29,423 bases of DNA. Origin: a candidate division WOR-3 bacterium (GTDB taxonomy: Bacteria > Hydrothermota > Tepidihabitantia > SM23-42 > CAYGYG01). Position numbers and translations under genes: made by a program. Below the pieces are notes generated by a model. That model was not told where the DNA came from and did no database searches. It saw only the letters and a list, made by a program, of their open reading frames with translations. This document shows, piece by piece, positions 1 through 7,430 of this stretch. The first letter of the stretch is position 1. Every line of letters starts with the position of its first letter. The stretch covers positions 1-29,423 of the forward strand of contig CBFGIV010000028.1 in assembly GCA_965648915.1 (NCBI GenBank), read 5' to 3'.

Positions 1-2
1 AT

Positions 3-872
3 CTAACTGGAACTTATACCGTTGAGATAACTTTCCAGAAAAGTGCAAACTCGTATGTCTGTTTTGCTTGCAAGATGGGTGCGGGCTGGACTGTTTCCGA
101 CAACTGGACACTGGTTAGCAAAAACCAGCATTCTCATTGTATGGCGTCTGACCAAAACGGGGATTTGCACTATTTCAGCAAGTCCTTCTACAGTTATCCC
201 ACCTACAATCCGAAGATAATCTATAGAAGGGGTCACTGGGATGGTATAACCTGGGTCTGGACCGATCCCGAGACCTTAGACTATCAACCATCCGTGAACC
301 ATCCGGATGTAGCGATCAGCGGTTCAATAATCGATCTGGTTTATTACAAAAGTGAGAGTGGGACTTATGGTGATATCTGGCATCTCAGGTCGACGAATCT
401 GGGTCAGTCCTGGAGTAATCCCTTACGGATAACCGTGAGATATACGGGGGAGGCGTCGCGGTGTAATGGGCCTGCAATCGCCGCTGGTCGAATTGCAAGG
501 TATGTCAGTTTCAGTAGCTGGAAGGATGATGCCGACTGGCAGCTGGACATCTGGTATCTGGTCAACGACGACAGTCTGCTCTCTGACATTTCCGGGGCAA
601 CAGAAGTGACCACGGCACGCCATCTTGACTTACTGTCTGCTTATGATCTTCAGTTAGTCTATCGTTCTCAAGGAATGCTCCACTATACCCGAAGCACTGA
701 TGGTGGCACAACCTGGGTGCCTTATTGCAAATTCGCCCGGGGTATTTATCCTTCATTAGGACAGGGCTGGACCATTGTCTTTGAACCTTATATTGCCTTT
801 ACTTACACAAATGAAACCGGTGATACCCTCTTTTACCGTTGGTACAATATCTTTACCCGTACCTGGAGCTAG
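3..872 (+). CDS. 5'-truncated N-terminal part of a large secreted Asp-box (BNR) repeat protein; ends at an in-frame TAG and continues in frame to 2447
   Basis: Frame is open from position 3 (LTGTYTVEITFQKS...), so the gene starts upstream of the window. Asp-box motifs RSTNLGQSW and RSTDGGTTW. TAG at 870-872 is in frame with the ATG at 939. Confidence 0.75.
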   Translation, partial: LTGTYTVEITFQKSANSYVCFACKMGAGWTVSDNWTLVSKNQHSHCMASDQNGDLHYFSKSFYSYPTYNPKIIYRRGHWDGITWVWTDPETLDYQPSVNHPDVAISGSIIDLVYYKSESGTYGDIWHLRSTNLGQSWSNPLRITVRYTGEASRCNGPAIAAGRIARYVSFSSWKDDADWQLDIWYLVNDDSLLSDISGATEVTTARHLDLLSAYDLQLVYRSQGMLHYTRSTDGGTTWVPYCKFARGIYPSLGQGWTIVFEPYIAFTYTNETGDTLFYRWYNIFTRTWS

Positions 873-938
873 CTTTATTATCTGCTCAGTTATCCGCACG
901 ATGGTCTCTGGGTTGGTCCGCCTTCACTTGTTGCCAAT

Positions 939-2447
939 ATGGATCAGATTTATGTTATGGTGCCGGTTTACAATCCCGAAGGTAATCCCCAATACCCGTG
1001 GTCTAATGCGGTCTTCTTCTATCAATTCAGTTATGATCTCCAAAACTATTATCCGCCGTATACGATAATCGAGCAGGGCTATGGTTATATTCCCAATGCC
1101 TGTCTGGCATTGGATGGCGATGGTCAGGTTTATGGTGTCTGGGAAAAGTATCATCCGAGCACTGGTTATATGAATGTGCGGTCAAGGTATCGGGATATGA
1201 ATGGTGTCTGGTGGCCAGCCTTAACTGATACTTCGGAAAATGTGTCAGACCAAGACCCACCATATCCGCGTCGCAACTCTTACACCCCTTTCATCGAGAC
1301 CTGGCCAACTTATGCCTATTGTGTCTGGTCAAGAGAAGAAATTGATTGGGAGCCGACAAGTCGAGATATCTGGAGAAGACAAAAATTTCTTCCATTTCAA
1401 AGCTGGTTAGAATTGCATCCTTACAGTAATCCTGATGACTATCTTGCTTCTGAATGTCCGACCAATGCCTCAGGTGATTGTTCGGTCTGGTCTCAACCTG
1501 ATTTTATGGACCCCAACTATGATATCTGGTATCGAAGTGACCTTTATGGTGGACCATTCAATCTGACCCGGTCTTTCTTTATTGATGAACGGTATGGGCA
1601 CAGTCAACTTGACCGAATTGGTGATCCCTGGTTACTTTATGCAACTTTCACAAAAGAAAATACCATTCCCTACCGGATTATCACCTGCTGTCAACCTCTG
1701 AGTGGAAATTTTGGTGAAGCCGGATTATACTATACTGTAAACACCGGTGAGACAAAACCCTCTTCTTTCTGTCTTAAGCGGGATAACTTCATTCGTTACC
1801 AAAACTATGCAGTTGATTATGGCAAAGACGAAGTGGCTTATAATCTCCATTATCTCGATCCTCATCACATCTATGGTTATCGGTTAAAGGCGACCCTTTA
1901 TTTTGAAGGCAGTGGTGTGAGAGAGCTCAAAGTGCTTATTGATGGTGCTGAATACGGTCTTATCCGTCTGATAGCGGGCCAGCCGTACACCTTTGAGGTT
2001 GAGATACCACGATTGTTATATCTTACCGATCGGCGGATCACGCTATCGGTCAAAAATGAATCTGATAGCGGTGTTTATGTAGCAGGCTTAAAGATCTATC
2101 TCAATAAACCAGGAAGGGTTGCGAGTGGCGGTTCTGGTGGAATTCAGGGTGCTGAAGTGCAAAATAGAGAAGGCGGCCTTATTCTTTCAGTCTCACCCAA
2201 TCCTGCATCCAATAATGTTGTAGTGAATTACAGTGTGGCTCAGCCAGCAAAAGTAAAAATTCAGGTTTTTGATATCATGGGCCGAATAACTCGAACTTTA
2301 ATTGATAACCATGTAGAAAAAGGGATACACCATTTGATCTGGAATCGTAGGGATAATCTTGGTCATCAAATTTCGAGTGGAATATACTTCATAAGATTAG
2401 AGACTGACAAGATTAAGAGAACTGAGAAGGTGCTCATCCTGAGGTAA
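939..2447 (+). CDS. C-terminal part of the same secreted protein, with a T9SS type A / FlgD-Ig-like sorting domain
   Basis: Tail VSPNPASNNVVVNYSV...KIQVFDIMGR...WNRRDNLGHQISSGIYFIRL...KVLILR matches the Por-secretion-tail pattern. No RBS or signal peptide at 939, and 873-938 is open in frame. Confidence 0.75.
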   Translation: MDQIYVMVPVYNPEGNPQYPWSNAVFFYQFSYDLQNYYPPYTIIEQGYGYIPNACLALDGDGQVYGVWEKYHPSTGYMNVRSRYRDMNGVWWPALTDTSENVSDQDPPYPRRNSYTPFIETWPTYAYCVWSREEIDWEPTSRDIWRRQKFLPFQSWLELHPYSNPDDYLASECPTNASGDCSVWSQPDFMDPNYDIWYRSDLYGGPFNLTRSFFIDERYGHSQLDRIGDPWLLYATFTKENTIPYRIITCCQPLSGNFGEAGLYYTVNTGETKPSSFCLKRDNFIRYQNYAVDYGKDEVAYNLHYLDPHHIYGYRLKATLYFEGSGVRELKVLIDGAEYGLIRLIAGQPYTFEVEIPRLLYLTDRRITLSVKNESDSGVYVAGLKIYLNKPGRVASGGSGGIQGAEVQNREGGLILSVSPNPASNNVVVNYSVAQPAKVKIQVFDIMGRITRTLIDNHVEKGIHHLIWNRRDNLGHQISSGIYFIRLETDKIKRTEKVLILR

Positions 2448-2454
2448 AAAGAGT

Positions 2455-2487
2455 TATGGGGAGGGGCACTATCCCTCCCCATATTTT
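2455..2487 (+). terminator. Probable intrinsic terminator
   Basis: Stem TATGGGGAGGGG / TCCCTCCCCATA (one G-U pair), 5-nt loop, then TTTT, just after the stop at 2447. Confidence 0.6.
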
Positions 2488-2497
2488 CTAAGGAGGT

Positions 2498-4249
2498 TTG
2501 TTGAAAAAAATTATAATATTTTTCACTTTAATTATCACCATATCTTCAGGTATTAATTTCAAGCGCGCTGTTATTATCTATGGCTCACACGGTATGGCTC
2601 GAGCAATTGGTTATGATACTGACCACGATAGCAAAATGAATCTTGTCTTCCACCGATACATACGACCGGACACGAATGCGATTTGTTTCTTTGAGCATGC
2701 TGGCTATGACAGATATGTAATTGAAGGCATTGTGCGTTTTGGATGTTTATGGGACATTGGGGATTTAGATGGCGATTCTTTAACTGATATGGTGGTGGAT
2801 GTCACTGACTCTCTTTTAGTTTATGAATCACCTGACCCGCATTCCAATCCTACAACAAAAGTCTGGTTTTATCGGACCGGAGGAAATAGCGAAAGTCCAA
2901 CTCGCATTACAGACCTTGATAAAGATGGGAAGAAAGAGATTTTGACCAAAGCCCTGAGCGCTAATAGTATATTCGAGTGCATAGGCAACAATCAATATAG
3001 GTTAGTTCATCAAGATACGAATTGTCCACAAAATCTTAATTTTGCTGTAGCTGATTATGACTGTGATGGCAGAATAGAATATGCAGGTGGAGGCGGCTTG
3101 GGTGGTTCCCTTTATCCCAATGTCTTTGTTTACGAATGTGTCACTAATGATTCATTTATTTTGACCTTTCTTGACACTATTCCTTCAGCCGCCGGTATCG
3201 ATGTAGTCGGGTGTAATGATTTAGACAAGGACGGCAAACCCGAATTCATTATAACTTATTTTCATAATATTGGTTCTTGGTTATTCAATGCTTGGATGTT
3301 TGAGAGTATTGGAGATAACCTGTATGAGGCTACTCTGGTTGATACGATGAGGGCACCATTGCGATGCAGTTATAGTTGGAGTTCTAATGGTGATATTGAT
3401 AGTGATGGCCAGGAAGAATTTGTCTGGTCAACTTCTAACAACTGGCATATTTACAAAGCAATTGGTAATAATAAATTACAGCGGATTTACTCAGCCTATC
3501 CTGTTCCCCAGGGTAACAAAAATATGGTTGAGAATATAGATGTCTATGACCTAAATGGCAATGGTTATCCTGAAATAATAGAGTCTTATGTTTGTAACAA
3601 TCCGCCATATTCAGATACAACCATCATCTGGGAAATCGAAGGGGTGCGATTGCATCGCCCTAATGGCGGCGAGGTTTTGATCCCCAGCACCCAATTCCCC
3701 ATCACCTGGGAGAAGTTCACGCCACCTGGGGCTGATTCGTTTATGCTCTTTATTTCTTTTGACAATGGCCGTAACTATCAAACCATCACAACCATCCAGC
3801 AATCGAACGATACTCTGTTTTTATGGCATGTTCCTGATTCATTATCCGATTCTTGCAAGATAATGATCTGGGCATACGGACCACCAAGGGCAGGAGAGGA
3901 TAAACCCAGAGGCACGGCCTGGGACTTCAGTGACAGTGTATTCGCAATAAGGCAGACAGGCATAACAGAGGATACCAGATGCAGGATACAGGATGCAGGA
4001 TTAAAGATATTACAGAATCCGGCATTAAGTAAAGATCTAAGGATTCGATATTCGGTACCCAGGGCAGGTAAAGTAAAGTTAACCATCTACAATGCTTTGG
4101 GCCAAGTAGAAAGATCTTTAGTTGATGGGGGGATTGCGGTGGGCTGGCATGAGCAGATGTCAAAGAGAAAGCTGAAGAGTGGGATTTATTTTGTAAGTCT
4201 TAAATTTGAAAACAGACTTTTAACTAAAAAACTGATAGTTATTGAATAA
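2498..4249 (+). CDS. Secreted FG-GAP/VCBS repeat protein with Ig-like domain and T9SS type A sorting domain
   Basis: AAGGAGG RBS before TTG; signal peptide MLKKIIIFFTLIITISS; repeats GDLDGDSLTD, TDLDKDGKKE, ADYDCDGRIE, NDLDKDGKPE, GDIDSDGQEE, YDLNGNGYPE; PNGGE Ig-like motif; tail QNP...IYNALGQ...SGIYFVSL...KKLIVIE. Confidence 0.85.
   Translation: MLKKIIIFFTLIITISSGINFKRAVIIYGSHGMARAIGYDTDHDSKMNLVFHRYIRPDTNAICFFEHAGYDRYVIEGIVRFGCLWDIGDLDGDSLTDMVVDVTDSLLVYESPDPHSNPTTKVWFYRTGGNSESPTRITDLDKDGKKEILTKALSANSIFECIGNNQYRLVHQDTNCPQNLNFAVADYDCDGRIEYAGGGGLGGSLYPNVFVYECVTNDSFILTFLDTIPSAAGIDVVGCNDLDKDGKPEFIITYFHNIGSWLFNAWMFESIGDNLYEATLVDTMRAPLRCSYSWSSNGDIDSDGQEEFVWSTSNNWHIYKAIGNNKLQRIYSAYPVPQGNKNMVENIDVYDLNGNGYPEIIESYVCNNPPYSDTTIIWEIEGVRLHRPNGGEVLIPSTQFPITWEKFTPPGADSFMLFISFDNGRNYQTITTIQQSNDTLFLWHVPDSLSDSCKIMIWAYGPPRAGEDKPRGTAWDFSDSVFAIRQTGITEDTRCRIQDAGLKILQNPALSKDLRIRYSVPRAGKVKLTIYNALGQVERSLVDGGIAVGWHEQMSKRKLKSGIYFVSLKFENRLLTKKLIVIE
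3971..4001 (+). repeat. Degenerate heptamer tandem repeat in the linker before the sorting domain
   Basis: GATACCA GATGCAG GATACAG GATGCAG GAT, encoding DTRCRIQDAG. Confidence 0.7.
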
Positions 4250-4257
4250 AACATCAA

Positions 4258-4301
4258 AGTCTGGTAGTCTGGTAATTACCAGACTACCAGACTACCAGAC
4301 T
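4258..4301. repeat. Perfect 36-bp palindrome built from octamer tandem repeats
   Basis: AGTCTGGT AGTCTGGT AATT ACCAGACT ACCAGACT (4258-4293) plus a third ACCAGACT to 4301. Confidence 0.9.
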
Positions 4302-4408
4302 TGTCCACTGGCCACATAGTCAATACGAGTTTATTTCTCCGAATACCAATCTCTATTCTCTCCGAACCGAAGATAACAATTCAATCTTCTTCAAGCATCA
4401 AGCCGGGA

Positions 4409-4745
4409 AAGGGGTCAGGCCTTGATTTTTGAATTAATTAATTAATTTACGGAGCCCTTTATCACTTTACCTCAAAGGGAGATAGAAAGCAGGGGGATAG
4501 GGAGACATTTTTGGAGATACGCGCCTCTGTTGTAGAGAGGTACAATTGGCTATCTCCTGCCTGTTGTCTTATGAGGATCCACTACCACCTTTTAATAGAG
4601 ACCTCCGAAGGGAGTCTTTCTAAAGGAATGGGACAATTAAATGGGGTTTACCCCCAGAGGTTTAATATAAGAGATGTGGATATGTGGTCTTAAATCCTGT
4701 AAGGATTAAGATGGTGGGCTTTCACAATTCAAGACCTGACCCCTT
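4409..4745 (+). mobile_element. Degenerate REP-associated tyrosine transposase (RAYT, IS200-like Y1) element with flanking inverted repeats
   Basis: Left AAGGGGTCAGGCCTTGA (4409-4425) and right TCAAGACCTGACCCCTT (4729-4745) form a 16/17 inverted match enclosing a RAYT-like reading frame. Confidence 0.75.
4448..4693 (+). pseudogene. Truncated RAYT / Y1_Tnp transposase
   Basis: Translates YGALYHFTSKGDRK...DRETFLEIRASVVERYNWLSPACCLMRIHYHLLIETSEGSLSKGMGQLNGVYPQRFN, closely resembling the RAYT N-terminus with HUH motif HYH. No start codon, and the catalytic-Tyr half is missing. Confidence 0.8.
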
Positions 4746-4750
4746 CCTGC

Positions 4751-4840
4751 ATGCACGTTGTTCTTAATCCCAGTGTCTATTTTGTGCGGGTTGAGAGTAA
4801 GAATAAGGTTGTTACGAAGAAAGTTGGGGTGGTTGAGTAA
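4751..4840 (+). pseudogene. Orphan 3' end of a T9SS sorting domain
   Basis: LNPSVYFVRVESKNKVVTKKVGVVE* parallels the tails LKSGIYFVSLKFENRLLTKKLIVIE* and ISSGIYFIRLETDKIKRTEKVLILR* in this window. Confidence 0.65.
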
Positions 4841-4857
4841 GCAACGAATAAAAAGAT

Positions 4858-4886
4858 GAGATTGCTTCGCTCACGCTCGCAATGAC
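4858..4886. repeat. REP-like imperfect hairpin of the GTCATTGCGAG...GAAGCAATCT type
   Basis: GAGATTGCTTCGCTCACGCTCGCAATGAC; reverse complement GTCATTGCGAGCGTGAGCGAAGCAATCTC; ATTGC/GCAAT arms. Confidence 0.6.
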
Positions 4887-4899
4887 CAGGTGCGGGTCT

Positions 4900-4998
4900 G
4901 AAGATGTCGGGGCGATCAAAGCCGGTTCAAGAAAGAAGGAAGAGAATTTGATAAACAGTATGAATCCAGAATGGAAGGATTTATATAATGAGATATAA
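4900..4998 (+). pseudogene. C-terminal remnant of a small GIY-YIG nuclease
   Basis: EDVGAIKAGSRKKEENLINSMNPEWKDLYNEI* resembles the ...EKQIKAGSRKKK...INxMNPEWKDLY end of stand-alone GIY-YIG proteins; the N-terminal GIY/YIG motifs are absent. Confidence 0.7.
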
Positions 4999-5084
4999 AG
5001 ATGAGAAGAAATCTCTTCAACTAAGTAGGTTGACTGAATTAAAGCCTTCTGATTTTCAAAGACTTATGATCAGGGGACTGTTCC

Positions 5085-6323
5085 CTAATACGGAGCAACG
5101 ATATATCCGGCGAGTGCCGAGAAGGCGGCGGTCGCCGGTGAGGCGAGATAGACTGAAGCTCCTTTACCCAACTTCCCAATGAAATTTCGATTTGATGTAG
5201 AGACCATAACTTCGCCCGGTGCCAAAATCCCGGGGTGACCAGTGGTGCAGAGAGCGCAACCGGGGTTGACGACGATACAGCCAGCATTTAAGAATATCTG
5301 ATAAAGGCCAGTCTTTAATGCCTTTTGGGCCACCTCCATTGTTGCAGGCACAATTATTGTCCGCACCTTGACTTTTTTATTTCTTAAAATCTTGGCAACA
5401 ATCATTAAATCTTCTAATCTTCCATTGGTGCAGGAGCCGATAAAGACCTGATCAATCTTTGTGCCTTCAACTTCCTTAACATCTTTGACCTTATCTGGTG
5501 AATGGGGACAGGCGATCTGGGGTTTTAATTCTTGGATGTCGATTTCAATAATTTTCTCATAGATTGCATCAGGGTCAGGTCTAATTGCTATTGGTTCTTT
5601 CCCCGAGCGCTTCTTTATATAACGATAAATAGTCTTATCAGGTTCAATAAATCCTATTTTCCCAGACATTTCTGTTACCATGCTGGCAATTGTGATCCGG
5701 CCGGCCAGGTCGAGCCCTTCAATCGTTGGCCCGGTGAATTCAATTGCCTTATATATTGCACCGTCGGTCTTGACTTTTTTCAGTATATAAAGAATTAAAT
5801 CTTTGGCCGAAGTCCAGCCTGACAGATGGCCGGTTACAGATATTTTTATTGTCTCCGGGACCCGAAACCATAGTTTACCATAAGCAAGCCCGGCAACGAT
5901 ATCGGTTGTTCCCACGCCTGTGGCAAAGGCACCGAAGACCCCAAGGAGATTCATATGGCTATCAGTGCCGACTATTACATCCCAGGGTTTGACCATTCCT
6001 GATTCAAAGAGGATATGCTGACCGATGCCGGTATTGACATCGAAAAGCCGAACTTTCTGTTCCTGGGCAAATTCCCGGCAGATTTTCTGGTTGGCTGCCA
6101 CCTTCTCATCGCGTGCCGGGATATGGAGATCGAAGGTTATAGCAACCTTTTGAGGGTTAAAGACTTTTTTCTTACCGAAATTTTTCTGATACTCCTGAAT
6201 GACATTCGGCCCGCCGAAATCACGCATTGTCACAAGGTCGAGATCTGCCCATACTCGATCTCCGACTCTGACTTTTTTACCCGAGGCTCGGCTCAGGATC
6301 TTTTCAATAATCGTTTGACCCAT
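5085..6323 (-). CDS. leuC: 3-isopropylmalate dehydratase / homoaconitase family large subunit (LeuC/HacA type)
   Basis: MGQTIIEKIL start, GIGQH, GTDSH, IGSCTNGR, PGCALC and STSNRNF motifs; three Fe-S cysteines present. Substrate cannot be assigned from sequence. Confidence 0.85.
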   Translation of the reverse strand: MGQTIIEKILSRASGKKVRVGDRVWADLDLVTMRDFGGPNVIQEYQKNFGKKKVFNPQKVAITFDLHIPARDEKVAANQKICREFAQEQKVRLFDVNTGIGQHILFESGMVKPWDVIVGTDSHMNLLGVFGAFATGVGTTDIVAGLAYGKLWFRVPETIKISVTGHLSGWTSAKDLILYILKKVKTDGAIYKAIEFTGPTIEGLDLAGRITIASMVTEMSGKIGFIEPDKTIYRYIKKRSGKEPIAIRPDPDAIYEKIIEIDIQELKPQIACPHSPDKVKDVKEVEGTKIDQVFIGSCTNGRLEDLMIVAKILRNKKVKVRTIIVPATMEVAQKALKTGLYQIFLNAGCIVVNPGCALCTTGHPGILAPGEVMVSTSNRNFIGKLGKGASVYLASPATAAFSALAGYIVAPY

Positions 6324-6332
6324 CTATTACTA

Positions 6333-6360
6333 AGTTTATCTTAAAATAATCTTTAGTCAA
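6333..6360 (-). promoter_or_regulatory. Sigma70-like promoter for the leuC-like gene
   Basis: Minus strand TTGACT-N16-TAAACT, 9 nt before the ATG. Confidence 0.5.
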
Positions 6361-6382
6361 TGGGAATAAAGGCTTTTGTCTA

Positions 6383-6410
6383 TTGACTAATTTATGAAAG
6401 TGAATAGAAT
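6383..6410 (+). promoter_or_regulatory. Sigma70-like promoter for the DUF362 operon (probably leaderless)
   Basis: TTGACT-N16-TAGAAT; ATG begins at 6416; no RBS. Confidence 0.55.
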
Positions 6411-6415
6411 TTGCT

Positions 6416-7429
6416 ATGGTCGATGTTTATTTTCTTGATTTGCGCAAGAAGAAGAGAGAGAATTTCCTTGAGCGACTGAGGTCTTTTTTGCATAATTCGT
6501 CACTCTTAAATTTTATTAATAACCGGGAGATGGTAGGTATAAAAGTCCATTTTGGTGAGGATGGCAATATAAATTATGTCCGGCCCGAATATGTCAGATT
6601 GATCGGTCAGCAAGTAGAAAAGGCCGGGGGAAGGCCGTTTCTTACTGATACCACGACTCTCTATGGTGGCCGGCGTTTTGATGGCCCTTCGCATCTTGCT
6701 CTCGCCCGAGAGCATGGTTTTGATTTTTATCCTGTGATGATCGCGGATGGACTGATCGGTGAGAATTATGTTGAGAAGGACGGTGTGAAGATTGCCGGGG
6801 CGATCGATCACACTGAGAGTTTGATCTTTATCAGCCATTTTAAGGGGCATCTCTTAATTGGATTTGGAGGCAGTTTGAAGAATATCGGGATGGGCTGTAC
6901 ATCAAAAGGGGGAAAACTGTATCTCCATTCGGAGTCGAAGCCTTTTATCGATAAAGAGAAGTGTAATTTCTGCCTCAAATGTCTTAAATACTGTTCTTTT
7001 AATGCAATTTTTAAAGAAAAGAAGCATTGTGTGATCGATGAAAAGAGATGCGCCGGTTGCTGTGGGTGTATGAGTATCTGTCCGGAAAAAGCGATTTCCT
7101 TTCGCTGGGATTCGGAATCGAAACATATCCAGGAGAAGATCGCTGGTTATGCCCACACCATTGTGAAGAATAAGAAGGTTCTTTATTTCAATTTTCTTAT
7201 CAATATTACCAGAGACTGTGACTGCTTCCATACGCGTGAACCGAAACTTACCGAAGATATCGGTATATTAATTGCGCAGGATCCAGTTGCCCTTGACCAG
7301 GCAAGCTGGGATATGACCAGAGAAGTCCTTGGTCGGGTCTATTCTGAGATCGACCCCGAAATCCAATTGTTTGAAGCCGAACATTTAGGTTTGGGGAAAA
7401 GGAGTTACAAAATCAAGGAGGCTGATTAG
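6416..7429 (+). CDS. DUF362 domain protein with 2x[4Fe-4S] ferredoxin insert
   Basis: IKVHFGEDGN, SHFKGH...FGGSLKNIGMGC, CNFCLKCLKYC, CAGCCGCMSICP, ITRDCDC, DPVALDQAS. Confidence 0.9.
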   Translation: MVDVYFLDLRKKKRENFLERLRSFLHNSSLLNFINNREMVGIKVHFGEDGNINYVRPEYVRLIGQQVEKAGGRPFLTDTTTLYGGRRFDGPSHLALAREHGFDFYPVMIADGLIGENYVEKDGVKIAGAIDHTESLIFISHFKGHLLIGFGGSLKNIGMGCTSKGGKLYLHSESKPFIDKEKCNFCLKCLKYCSFNAIFKEKKHCVIDEKRCAGCCGCMSICPEKAISFRWDSESKHIQEKIAGYAHTIVKNKKVLYFNFLINITRDCDCFHTREPKLTEDIGILIAQDPVALDQASWDMTREVLGRVYSEIDPEIQLFEAEHLGLGKRSYKIKEAD

Positions 7430-7430
7430 T

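Noticed and set aside
870..872. Genome-wide TAG reassignment
   Set aside because: TAG terminates the DUF362, cyclase and C25 genes at their expected C-termini.
4258..4301. CRISPR array
   Set aside because: Octamer units with no spacers and no cas genes.
4988..5287. ORFs 4988-5182(+) and 5039-5287(-) as a leuD small subunit
   Set aside because: They overlap the leuC 3' end and lack LeuD motifs such as DTD and NFGCGSSRE.
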